Of a stretch of 52,983 nucleotides of DNA, positions 16,239 to 25,157 are shown piece after piece (positions within the stretch are counted from its first letter, which is position 1; every line of letters begins with the position of its first letter). A program made the translations under genes and the position numbers. Source of the DNA: Candidatus Eiseniibacteriota bacterium (GTDB lineage Bacteria > Eisenbacteria > RBG-16-71-46 > SZUA-252); NCBI GenBank assembly GCA_031397435.1, contig JANNMC010000404.1, positions 1 through 52,983 of the forward strand. The letters run 5' to 3'. The notes below the pieces were generated by a model, which was given only the letters and a program-made list of their open reading frames with translations, did no database searches and had not been told where the DNA came from.

Positions 16239-17810
16239 TCAGCTCTCGGTTCGGCGGCGCAAGGCGGGATAGTCCACCTTTCCGCTGCTCGTCTTCGGCA
16301 GGTGGTCGAGCACCTCGATCGTCTTCGGCAGCATGTAGGGCGGCATCTTTTCGGCGCAATAGGCCTTCAGCGCGGCGGGGTCGAAGGCTTCCCCTTCGCT
16401 CGGGACCACGAACGCGACGACGATGGCGCCGAGCATGGGGTCGGGCACGCCGATCACCGCCGCGCCCTGCACCATCCCGCTGTGGAAGAGCACCTCCTCC
16501 ACTTCGGTCGGGCTGATCCGGTAGCCGGACGACTTGATCATGTTGTCGCGGCGCCCGATGAAGTAGAGGAAGCCGTCCTCGTCGGTCTTCACGAGATCCC
16601 CGGAGTAACAGACGCGTTCCGTCGCGCCCATCTCCGCGGGGAGAAACGGATGTGGCCGGAGCACGCGAGCCGTCAGCTCGGGCTGCCCCCAGTATCCCAT
16701 CGAGACGGTGGGGCCGCGATGCACGAGCTCGCCGATCTCGCCCGGGCCGCATCGCCGGCCGTTTTCGTCCACGACCAGGATCTCCGTGTCGGGAATCGCC
16801 TTCCCCATCGACGTCGGCCTCCGGTCGAGTTCGGAAGGTGGAAGATAGGTCGAACGAAACGCTTCCGTAAGCCCGTACATGAGGAAGACGCGTGTCGCGG
16901 GGAGCGCACGGCGAAGCGTCGAGAGCACGTCCTGCGGCATGACCCCGCCCGTGTTCGTGATGTAGCGGAGATGCGGATAGGTCCCCTTGCTGAGGGACGA
17001 ACTCGGCTGCGCCAGAAGGCCCCAGAGCGTCGGGACGCCCGCGAGTCCGGTGATCCGCTCGGCTTTCAGCGCCGACACGAGTTCGCGGGCGAAGACGAAC
17101 GGCTTCAGAACGATCGTCGCTCCCCGCTGAAACGCCGTCATGATCTGGTTCATTCCGGCGTCGAAACTGAACGGCAGCACGGCGAGGATGCGCTCCGACT
17201 CCGTGATCTCCAGATAGGTCGAGACGATCGTGGCCCCGGCCATCACCTGGGCATGACTCAGCATCACGCCTTTCGGTTTTCCGGTGGACCCCGATGTGTA
17301 GAGAATCGCCGCGAGGTCACTCTCGATGGAGCGCTCCGGCGAATCCGCCCCCGAAACGTCGGCGCAGAGCGCTTCGTACGAATCCGCGGGGAGCGGCGTT
17401 CCAGGCGGGGCGGCTCCTCCCACGACGATGAGCCGCTCCAGGGTGGGGATGGACGAGAGCGCCGGAGCGATCGCGGCGAGTTTGGAGGCGGAGATGATGA
17501 GACAGCGCATCCGGCAATCGCGGGCGATGTGCGAGACCTGATCTTGTAGCAGGACGCCGTTGATCGGCACGAAGACGCACTCCGCGCGAGAAACGGCGAA
17601 GATCGAGATCGCCTGCTCCACCGAGGCGTCCAGGAAGATCCCGACGCGATCCGATCGTTCGATACCGGCCCGCTGGATCCCGGCGGCAAGGCCTCGGACC
17701 CGCGCCCAGACCTCGGCGTACGAAAGTCGCTGATCGCCGCCGACCAGCGCTTCTTTCTCGGGAAGCCGGGCGGCGCTCGAACGAAGCATGTGGTGAATGA
17801 GGAAGTCCAC
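16239..17810 (-). CDS. acyl-CoA ligase (AMP-forming), exosortase A system-associated
   Basis: Adenylate-forming motifs YTSGSTGKPKG, YGLTE and SGDLV are present. The start is ambiguous: GTG 17810 (after the ACP stop, purine-rich upstream) or GTG 17843 (the track start, overlapping the ACP gene). Confidence 0.88.
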   Translation of the reverse strand: MDFLIHHMLRSSAARLPEKEALVGGDQRLSYAEVWARVRGLAAGIQRAGIERSDRVGIFLDASVEQAISIFAVSRAECVFVPINGVLLQDQVSHIARDCRMRCLIISASKLAAIAPALSSIPTLERLIVVGGAAPPGTPLPADSYEALCADVSGADSPERSIESDLAAILYTSGSTGKPKGVMLSHAQVMAGATIVSTYLEITESERILAVLPFSFDAGMNQIMTAFQRGATIVLKPFVFARELVSALKAERITGLAGVPTLWGLLAQPSSSLSKGTYPHLRYITNTGGVMPQDVLSTLRRALPATRVFLMYGLTEAFRSTYLPPSELDRRPTSMGKAIPDTEILVVDENGRRCGPGEIGELVHRGPTVSMGYWGQPELTARVLRPHPFLPAEMGATERVCYSGDLVKTDEDGFLYFIGRRDNMIKSSGYRISPTEVEEVLFHSGMVQGAAVIGVPDPMLGAIVVAFVVPSEGEAFDPAALKAYCAEKMPPYMLPKTIEVLDHLPKTSSGKVDYPALRRRTES

Positions 17811-17818
17811 GGTACCCC

Positions 17819-18085
17819 CTACGCCTCCGTCCCCTGATCGCACTTGCTGTCGACGAAGCGGGCCATCGTGGCGATCGACTCGAAGCTCTCGGGAACGAGT
17901 TCCTCGTCGGCGATGGTGATACCGAATTCCGACTCGATGAAGACGACAACCTCGAGAATGCCGAGGGAATCGATGATCCCCGTGCGAAGCAGGGGGTCTT
18001 CGTCGGCAATGTCGCGTTGGCGCGCCAACGGAAACTGATTCAGGATGAAGTGCCGGATCCGTCCGGACGTGGTCTCAGCGCTCAT
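17819..18085 (-). CDS. acyl carrier protein
   Basis: 88 aa from ATG 18085 (alternative ATG 18094); the longer track ORF overlaps the upstream gene. The phosphopantetheine attachment motif is IIDSLGILEVV, and the length and charge are ACP-like. Confidence 0.85.
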   Translation of the reverse strand: MSAETTSGRIRHFILNQFPLARQRDIADEDPLLRTGIIDSLGILEVVVFIESEFGITIADEELVPESFESIATMARFVDSKCDQGTEA

Positions 18086-18104
18086 GGCACCCATCGGACC
18101 GGGA

Positions 18105-19139
18105 TCAACTTTCCCGATCTCCGTGTGTGAGAGGGATGTCGCCATCGGCGAGAGCCGGGCGATGATGAAGTGCCGGGCCGCCATGAAAGATCACGGGACT
18201 CTCCTCGCGGCGACGGAATCCGCCACGACGCAAGACCGCGGCCATCGGGTACGCCGCGAACAGCGACATCGACAGCGTGACGGCGCCTCGCCGCCACAAG
18301 ATGGCGCCCGTCTCGTCGACGAGCGCCCGTGCCGCCCCATCGTCCAGAGCCGCCACGTCGGAGAGTTCCGCGTCGGAACCACGCTGCGTGAATACGGCGT
18401 AGCCTCGCAGTCCGCGGCCATCCCGAGCGGCCAGGATGTCGTAGCGCGGGCCAGGATTCGATCGATACCGCCAATTCAGATGGGCCGCCGAGCGGTCGAG
18501 ATGGAGACGCGACGTCTCGCGGCGTTCGCGATCGAGTCCATCGAACTCCGCGCCGCACGCGTCGGCGTGCGGACGCATCGACAGGCCAGCGGGCACCCGG
18601 GCTCGGATCGGTGGCAGGAGGTCCGCGATCGATGCGACGGCCTCGACTCCCTCCCGCAGGCCCGGCACCGGAATCGCGCGCCCCAGTCTGCGACCCCATC
18701 GGAGGACGCGGGAGTGGCGAACGACGTTGCCGATCGGGCTGATCCGGAGGCGTCGGTAGACGGCCATCATGCTCTGGCTCGGAAAGTCGTAGCAGAAGGC
18801 GACGGCTCCGCGGTCGACAGCATCAAGACAAGCCCGATTGAGCTGAAGCGCGGGGCCGAGCGTACGGTACTCGGGGTGGATGCAGAAGTCCCCGAGTACC
18901 CAACCAAGTACCTCGACTCCGTCCAGGACCGCGCGCCGCGGAAAGGCGCTCGCCACGCCAATCGTCTCGCCGCTCCCCTCATCGACGGCAATCCAGGCAC
19001 TCGCCGGGCCGTGCGGACTCCCGAGGTAGAGCCAATCGTAGCGAGCGGCGTCGGCCTCCGGCGACAAGAAGCGGCGGAGGCAATCGATGATGACGTCTCG
19101 ATCCGCGCCCAAGTCCGCCAACCGGATCCTCAGCGGCAC
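18105..19139 (-). CDS. GNAT-fold acyltransferase (two-lobed, FemAB/CelD-like size)
   Basis: 344 aa, GTG start. The acetyl-CoA-binding-type motif is HPEYRTLGPALQL (R-x-x-G-x-A). The second half is also GNAT-like. It is adjacent to the ACP/ligase/decarboxylase cassette. The family assignment is tentative. Confidence 0.55.
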   Translation of the reverse strand: MPLRIRLADLGADRDVIIDCLRRFLSPEADAARYDWLYLGSPHGPASAWIAVDEGSGETIGVASAFPRRAVLDGVEVLGWVLGDFCIHPEYRTLGPALQLNRACLDAVDRGAVAFCYDFPSQSMMAVYRRLRISPIGNVVRHSRVLRWGRRLGRAIPVPGLREGVEAVASIADLLPPIRARVPAGLSMRPHADACGAEFDGLDRERRETSRLHLDRSAAHLNWRYRSNPGPRYDILAARDGRGLRGYAVFTQRGSDAELSDVAALDDGAARALVDETGAILWRRGAVTLSMSLFAAYPMAAVLRRGGFRRREESPVIFHGGPALHHRPALADGDIPLTHGDRES

Positions 19140-19219
19140 CGAGTTCGATCCGGTTCAGGACGGGAAAACGTGACCGAGTCGGGATGGCTCGGCGGAGTGC
19201 TTAAACGGCGTAGGTTGGC

Positions 19220-20293
19220 TCATGACTGCCACTTATTGTAGAGCAACCGCACCCCAAATGCAAATAGGTCCTCGTCCCATGGAGTGCCCCGGCGGAGCTC
19301 GAACGCGTCCGTGGCCGCGTCGTTCGCGCCGGGCGAAGTGGTTACCGCGAAACGATAGCCGCTGTCGCGCAGGAGCGCCTTCGTCTCCGGTAGAAAATCC
19401 GCGGGAGTTCCATTCGGATAGGCAAAGCCGTCCACGGAGACGCCGACCCGTTCTTCGATGATCGACTTCGACTCCTCGAGTTCGCGCCTCGCCCGGTCGC
19501 GGCCGACGCGAGAGAGAATCGGATGTGAAACGGTGTGAGAGCCGAATCGAATTCCGCCGCGGCTCATCTCCCTCGCCTCTTCCCAGGAGAGCATGAGTCC
19601 GGGAACGGCGCGGGACGGTCCGACGCGAAGCGCTTCGCGAAGCCGAACGACGGCTTCGGCCCGTTCCTCGTCGCTCACGGAGCGCAGCTCATTCAGCACC
19701 ATCTGCTGCACGCGGAGCCGCTCCGGAACCGTGTTCAGCGGGCCACCGATCGAACGGGGGCCGAAAGCGACCAGGGCGGGCGCCGCGGTTTCCCGGAATG
19801 CCGAGAAGACCTCGTCATGCCAGAGCAGACGCTCCGACCCGATGGCGGACGTCGCGAGGAAGATCGTCGCGGGAATGGAATAGCGCCGGAAGATCGGGAA
19901 CGCGTGAAGATAGTTGTCCCGGTAACCATCGTCGAGCGTGACGGCGACCGCATTCGGCGGGAGCGCGCGTTCACGAGTCGCGCTAACGAGTTCCGATAGC
20001 GGGAGAACGGTGAATCGTGACGAGAGGTAGGCCATCTGGCGCTCGAACCGCTCGGGCGGGATGCCGCCGAAATACGGGTCGCCCTCATCGTTCACGCGGT
20101 GATAGACAAGGATCTGCGCGTTCCGTTCGAGCCGTGCGACCAGGCGCGGGCCGGGCCATCGGCCGGGGCCCCCCCGGACCAGGCGCGTGCGGTTCACCAG
20201 GCGGCTCGCGAGCGGGAAGCTCCCGGATCCGTGGAGGAGCCGTGAAGCGAAGCCGAAGAGGCGCGCGCGAATCCCGGGCGGCGTGTGGCGCAT
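19220..20293 (-). CDS. polysaccharide deacetylase (NodB homology domain)
   Basis: Start trimmed to ATG 20293 (MRHTPPGIRA...), after the upstream stop. NodB motifs are VTLDDGYRDN and FGSHTVSHPIL. Confidence 0.8.
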   Translation of the reverse strand: MRHTPPGIRARLFGFASRLLHGSGSFPLASRLVNRTRLVRGGPGRWPGPRLVARLERNAQILVYHRVNDEGDPYFGGIPPERFERQMAYLSSRFTVLPLSELVSATRERALPPNAVAVTLDDGYRDNYLHAFPIFRRYSIPATIFLATSAIGSERLLWHDEVFSAFRETAAPALVAFGPRSIGGPLNTVPERLRVQQMVLNELRSVSDEERAEAVVRLREALRVGPSRAVPGLMLSWEEAREMSRGGIRFGSHTVSHPILSRVGRDRARRELEESKSIIEERVGVSVDGFAYPNGTPADFLPETKALLRDSGYRFAVTTSPGANDAATDAFELRRGTPWDEDLFAFGVRLLYNKWQS

Positions 20294-20316
20294 TTCCCCG
20301 ACGAAGGTTCCGGTTT

Positions 20317-22251
20317 CTAAGCCCGGCTCCTTCCCTCCTCTTCTTGACGCCGCAACCACAACTCGAGAATGACCAGGTTCCAGAGCGTGGTTCCGTAGAA
20401 GGACGTGGGGTCCTCGCGATGGCGCTTCAGGAGGTTGGCGAGCGCCTCCGGGCGGAAGTAGCCGCGCGATAGGGTGCGAGGGCTCAGGATCGCGTCGTTC
20501 ATCACCTCAGCGAGCGCCGGATCGGTCCGAAGCCACTCCGCGATCGGGAGCCCGAACCCGTGCTTCGACTTCGATCGAATTTCCGGCGGGAGCAGATCGG
20601 CGTAGGCGCGCTTGAAGAACGTCCGCAGCTTCCCTCCCCGCATCTTCATGCCGGCCGGCACAGTCATCGCGAACTCGGCGAGTTTCTGGTCCAGGAACGG
20701 GAAACGCACCGTCACGCCGGCCGCTTCGGTCATGCGCGTCACCTTGACGATGTCGTTGTCCGAGATGGTGAGATGGAGATCGAGATAGAGCTGCCGATCC
20801 AACTCGGTGGGACCGGGGGCGCGATCATGGAGCGCTTCCAGCGCGGCCCCGGGCTGATAGACTCGACCAACCTGTTCCGCGAACTCGGGGGTCAGGAATC
20901 CTTCCAGCGGGACGACTTGAAAGAAATCGTAGGACGTCAGCCGCTTCGCCGGCGGGAGGAGCGCCCGTCGAATGTACTTCCGGCCCTTGATGAACAGGTT
21001 CCACTTCAGCAGATCCGCCATCGCTCCTACCATCGGCTCGACAAACCCCCGGCCCAGCCAGCGAGGAACTCGACGGTAGTGCTCGAAGACCTGCTGCGTC
21101 TCGTAGCGAGAGTTTCCGGCGAAGAGTTCATCGCCTCCGTCTCCGGCGTAGAGGACGTCCACGCCGTGCTGCCGGGCGAGCCGCGCACAGAAATACGTGG
21201 GGATGGCCGACGCGTTGGCATACGGCTCATCGAACGACGCGAGAATGGTCGGCAGCGCTTCGGAGACGTCTCGGGGCACGACGAAGTACTCGTGATAGTC
21301 GGCATGGAGCGCATTGGCGGCGAGTCGCGCGTACGAGATCTCGTTGTACCGCGCTTCACCGAATCCAATCGAAAAACTCTTCATGCGGCAGGCCGCGACT
21401 TGCTGGAGAACCCCGGTGACGGTGCTGCTGTCGACACCGCCGCTCAGGAACGCGCCGATCCGGTCCGGTGCGCCGTCCACCTGGACGCGCCGCGCCATGG
21501 CCCCTGAGAACACGTCGCGGAGCTCCCTCGCCAACTCCGCCTCGCCCGAGCGTCGTGGACTTCTGAAATCGATCTGCCAGTACGGGGCGAGCGACGTGCC
21601 GCCCGCTCGATGCACCAGCCGGTGAGCCGGGGGTACCTTGAACAGTTCGCGATAGGCGGTGTGCGGCGTCGGAATGATCGAGGTGCCGACGGCGTCTACA
21701 ATCGCCTCAGGGCGGAGCGTCGCGGGAATCGGGATGGGCGACGCGAGGAGGGCACCGATGCGAGACGCGAAAACGAACTGATCGTCACGGTCGCTATAGT
21801 ACAGCGAGTGAAAGCGAAAGCGGTCCGTTGTGAGGTGAAGCTCTCCGGTTCGTCCGTCCCAGACCGCGAAGATCGCTTCCCCGCGGAGGCGCTCGACGAA
21901 GCCGATTCCCTCCTCGACGTATCGCTGCAGGAAGTGTTCCGGGACCGCGGAACGCGGCGCGTCCTGATCGTAGAAGCTGCCGAGGACCGCGATCGCGATC
22001 GCGTGGCCGTCCCGCTGAATGCTGGCCACGCCGCCGAGGTGGCGCCCGAACGTCGAGGCGCCGAGCGATACGGGACCCAGCGAGAGTGTGGAGCAGCCGC
22101 CGGGGCCCGTCCCGGATTCTCCCACGGTGAGTCGCCGGCACATCGCCTCGATTCCACCGGGAGCCATGCCGGGGCCACCGGGTCGAGTTAGGACGCCGCA
22201 AATGCCGCTCACGTCGGTGAGGGAGTGAAACGCGGAAGATGTCCGCCCCAT
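20317..22251 (-). CDS. asparagine synthase family amidotransferase (divergent paralog)
   Basis: 644 aa. The PP-loop is FLSGGVDSSTV, and the C-terminal synthetase domain aligns with 25158-27083. The N-terminal Ntn domain is divergent. The expected nucleophile Cys is residue 18 of the ATG-initiated ORF (SGICGVLTR), so the true start or processing is uncertain. Confidence 0.8.
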   Translation of the reverse strand: MGRTSSAFHSLTDVSGICGVLTRPGGPGMAPGGIEAMCRRLTVGESGTGPGGCSTLSLGPVSLGASTFGRHLGGVASIQRDGHAIAIAVLGSFYDQDAPRSAVPEHFLQRYVEEGIGFVERLRGEAIFAVWDGRTGELHLTTDRFRFHSLYYSDRDDQFVFASRIGALLASPIPIPATLRPEAIVDAVGTSIIPTPHTAYRELFKVPPAHRLVHRAGGTSLAPYWQIDFRSPRRSGEAELARELRDVFSGAMARRVQVDGAPDRIGAFLSGGVDSSTVTGVLQQVAACRMKSFSIGFGEARYNEISYARLAANALHADYHEYFVVPRDVSEALPTILASFDEPYANASAIPTYFCARLARQHGVDVLYAGDGGDELFAGNSRYETQQVFEHYRRVPRWLGRGFVEPMVGAMADLLKWNLFIKGRKYIRRALLPPAKRLTSYDFFQVVPLEGFLTPEFAEQVGRVYQPGAALEALHDRAPGPTELDRQLYLDLHLTISDNDIVKVTRMTEAAGVTVRFPFLDQKLAEFAMTVPAGMKMRGGKLRTFFKRAYADLLPPEIRSKSKHGFGLPIAEWLRTDPALAEVMNDAILSPRTLSRGYFRPEALANLLKRHREDPTSFYGTTLWNLVILELWLRRQEEEGRSRA

Positions 22252-22357
22252 GGATTCATGAACGAATCAGCCTAGATTTGGATGCCCCGAAAGTCCATTG
22301 GAAAGTTCCCGCAGGCTCGCACCTGGGGGCACCTGGATCGCCCCGCGGAGGTGCGGC

Positions 22358-23593
22358 GTGACAGGCACGATCGCCGGTTGGTACTCTGCCCCCATGCGCC
22401 AGGGTCCCGCGGCAGAAGTTTCGTCTCTCCCTCCCCTTCGAGTCGCTCACGTTGTCGACATGCTGGCGCTCGCCGGGATGGAATACGGCGTCGTGAAGCT
22501 GGTGAACCGGCTCGATCGTGATCGGTTTCGCTCCATCATCGTCTGCATGCGCCACCAGCGCAATGAAGTGAAGGCGCTTCTTTCGAGTGAGGTCGCCGTT
22601 TTCGAGATGAGGAAGCAATCGGGGCGGAACTGGCGGGTGATCGGACGCTTGGCGACGCTCTTTCGGTCGGAACGGATCGACATTGTCCACTCGCACAACT
22701 GGTCCACGTTTCTCTACGCGGTCCTCGCCGCACGACTGGCGCGGGTGCCGATTGTGGTTCATGGAGAGCACGGCAAGGACGACACCCTCCGTCACCCCCA
22801 ACGGCTCCTCGGGAGCCGCCTGCTGGCGCGTGGCGTCGATTGCGTCTGCGCCGTCTCGCGAGACCTCGAGGGGGAGGTGGTCCGGGATTGGGGAGTTCCT
22901 CCCGAACGCGTTCGCTGGATTCCCAACGGCGTCGACCTCGAGGCCTTCGGCGGCGACGACCGCACGGAGGCGCTCCGCGGTGAGCTCGAACTGGCGCCCG
23001 GCGATCTGGTCGTGATGAACACGGGGGGCTTCCGGACGGTCAAGGACCACCCCACCCTGCTTCGAGCCTTCGCCCTGGTCCACCGCGCGGATTCGCGCGC
23101 GCGGCTCCTCTTGATCGGCCACGGAGGCGCGGACGAAGCCCGCGCGAACCTCGAGCGCGAAGCCGCAGCCCTCGGCGTTCGGGAGGCAGTTCGTTTTGCC
23201 GGCGTGCGGACGGACATGCCGAGACTCCTTCGGACCTGCGACGTCTACGTCAATTCGTCTCGATACGAGGGAATGTCGAACACCATTCTGGAGGCCATGG
23301 CCGCCGGAAGGCCGGTGGTGGCGACGGCGGTCGGCGGAACACCCGACCTCATCGGCGACGGCGTCACCGGATTTCTCGTACCGGCAGGCGAACCGGAACC
23401 GATGGCCCGCCGCGTTCTCGAACTCCTGAACGACGCGGGGCTTCGGGAGCGGATGGGGACGGCGGGTCGGGCTCGAATGGAGGCGGTCCATTCCATGCCC
23501 GTGATGGTGCGAGCCTACGCAGCGCTCTACTCCGAGCTCGGTGCGAGGCTCAAGGGCCGGAAGCGGCACGCTGCGCCTGCAGCGCGGGGCTGA
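22358..23593 (+). CDS. glycosyltransferase family 4, PEP-CTERM/EpsH1 system-associated sugar transferase type
   Basis: [38 protein letters not shown] resembles the N-terminus of the named PEP-CTERM-associated sugar transferase family. GTG 22358 has GGAGG 6 nt upstream; ATG 22394 is the alternative. The track start at 22298 is unsupported. Confidence 0.82.
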   Translation: MTGTIAGWYSAPMRQGPAAEVSSLPPLRVAHVVDMLALAGMEYGVVKLVNRLDRDRFRSIIVCMRHQRNEVKALLSSEVAVFEMRKQSGRNWRVIGRLATLFRSERIDIVHSHNWSTFLYAVLAARLARVPIVVHGEHGKDDTLRHPQRLLGSRLLARGVDCVCAVSRDLEGEVVRDWGVPPERVRWIPNGVDLEAFGGDDRTEALRGELELAPGDLVVMNTGGFRTVKDHPTLLRAFALVHRADSRARLLLIGHGGADEARANLEREAAALGVREAVRFAGVRTDMPRLLRTCDVYVNSSRYEGMSNTILEAMAAGRPVVATAVGGTPDLIGDGVTGFLVPAGEPEPMARRVLELLNDAGLRERMGTAGRARMEAVHSMPVMVRAYAALYSELGARLKGRKRHAAPAARG

Positions 23594-24944
23594 GCCCGAG
23601 GCGGCTCACGACCGTCCGGTACTTGCCCGACTTCTCGCGCGGAATCTCGCTCACCAACTCGAATTCGACGCGCATTCCGTCCCCCAGGTGGGCGCGGAGT
23701 CCATGAGCGATCGAGGAAGTCACCTCGGCGGGCAACTCCCCCGTAACGACGAGCAGAACCCGCACGAGGTCCGGTAATTCCTGGACGAGTTTGAACCCCC
23801 GAATCTCGGGCCGCCCCTTGACCAGGTGGACGACCATCTGACCCGGCACGCGGGATCCATCGAGCGCCAGGAGCAGATCGTCAGCCCGGCCGTGCAGTTC
23901 ACGGAGGAGTGGTAGCCCCCGTCCGCATGCGCAAGGCGCTTCGTCGAGAACTCCGACGTCTCCGGTGTCGTAGCGGACGAACGGAAAATCGCCGCTCGCC
24001 AGGTTCGTCACGATGATCTCGCCCGCGATTCCTCGCGGCAGCGGCGCGCCGTGGTCGTCCACGATCTCGACCACCACGTCCTCGGCGCTCACGTGCATTC
24101 CGCCCTGAGGACACTCCTGCGAGACAAAGCCCGCGTCGCGCCCCCCGTATCCGTTCGCCACGGGGCAGCCGAAGATCCGCTCGAGTTGCTGGCGCTGGTG
24201 GTCGTACAGCTCTTCCGACGTGACGAACACGACGCGGATGCCGAGTCCGGAGAGTGACCGGCCGGTGCGTTCCGCGTGCGCGGCCAGTTCACAGAGCACG
24301 GAGGCATGCGAGAAGATGTGCGCCGGCCGGGCCCGCACGAGGGCATCCAGGTAGGCGTCCATCCGCGGCGCCGTCATGCCGGCCGCGGAGAGAAGCGTGC
24401 TGCGGAAGAGCCGGTCACGAATCGCCCGCACACGGTCCTGCCTCGTGATCTCGATCGGAGATCCCCAGAGAACGACCTCGGGGTCGCCGATGTCAATTCC
24501 CCACCACCGCATCGCGCGTCGCCTGGAAGCGACGTCGGCGGAGATGCGGGCGCGTCCCACGAAGAACTGGAGCGGCTCCCCGGTCGAGCCTCCCGTGCTG
24601 TAGGTGGTGAGCCCGTGGGAGCCTTCGCGGAGGAAGGCGGCATGGTGCCCGCGGATCTCGGATTTCGTGAGGATCGGAAGCTGCGTCAGATCTCCGGCGC
24701 TTTGAATCGACGCCGGTTCGAAGCCGATGCGGCGGAAGAGGTCTCGGTAGTACGGGACGTGTGATCCGACGTTGCCGAGAAATTGCCGAAGGCGCGAGAG
24801 CTGAAACGCCTCCAGGGTCGGGCGGTCCCACCACTGGCTTCGCTCGAGTTCGCGCAACCGGCGGCCGGTTTCATGACCTTTGAGGATCTCATGCAGCGGA
24901 AAGATGACTTCGGATACGAGCGCGCTGTACGCGTCACGCCCCAA
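23550..24944 (-). CDS. phenylacetate-CoA ligase / CapK-like adenylate-forming enzyme
   Basis: Motifs are TYSTGGSTGEPLQF and a C-terminal KSGKYR. I start at TTG 24944 (codon 44 of the track ORF) because AAGGAG lies 8 nt upstream, giving MGRDAYSALVSEVIFPLHEILKGHE..., a typical N-terminus for this family. Confidence 0.8.
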   Translation of the reverse strand: MGRDAYSALVSEVIFPLHEILKGHETGRRLRELERSQWWDRPTLEAFQLSRLRQFLGNVGSHVPYYRDLFRRIGFEPASIQSAGDLTQLPILTKSEIRGHHAAFLREGSHGLTTYSTGGSTGEPLQFFVGRARISADVASRRRAMRWWGIDIGDPEVVLWGSPIEITRQDRVRAIRDRLFRSTLLSAAGMTAPRMDAYLDALVRARPAHIFSHASVLCELAAHAERTGRSLSGLGIRVVFVTSEELYDHQRQQLERIFGCPVANGYGGRDAGFVSQECPQGGMHVSAEDVVVEIVDDHGAPLPRGIAGEIIVTNLASGDFPFVRYDTGDVGVLDEAPCACGRGLPLLRELHGRADDLLLALDGSRVPGQMVVHLVKGRPEIRGFKLVQELPDLVRVLLVVTGELPAEVTSSIAHGLRAHLGDGMRVEFELVSEIPREKSGKYRTVVSRLGLSPALQAQRAASGP

Positions 24945-25157
24945 CGTGTGGTCTCCTTGTGCCGCGGTAGAACTCGTGGGATCCGGCTTGCGGCCGCCGC
25001 GGCACGGGGCATCGTCGAAAATGCCGGAGCATGCGCGGCGCGATTTTCGATAGAATAGGCGCTTTCCCGGCACCGGCGGTAACGGTTATTTCCCGAACCG
25101 ATTGCCCCGGACTCCTGGGGCGCGCCCCCCATCCCGTATCGAGGAACGAAACCGACT

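Noticed and set aside
14884-16272. Long ORFs (400-470 aa) on the opposite strand or in another frame of well-supported genes. Examples: 14884-16272, 16128-17549, 18045-19241, 22256-23569, 25998-27140, 27074-28282, 31519-32940, 37569-38855, 39759-41054, 43305-44150.
   Set aside because: All are extremely Arg/Gly/Pro/Asp-rich with no recognisable motifs. Each exactly shadows a gene with clear family signatures. This is the usual stop-codon-poor antisense-frame artefact of high-GC DNA.
19174-19192. Hairpin CCGAG-N9-CTCGG followed by UCACGUUUUCCCG between the NodB deacetylase and GNAT genes (possible attenuator or terminator).
   Set aside because: The stem is only 5 bp with a 9-nt loop, and the U-tract is interrupted. 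It is too weak to call.
22359-22387. TGACAG-17-TGgTACTCT, 6 nt before ATG 22394, implying a leaderless GT mRNA.
   Set aside because: It competes with an in-frame GTG at 22358 that has a GGAGG 6 nt upstream. The two models are mutually exclusive and I cannot decide between them without TSS data.
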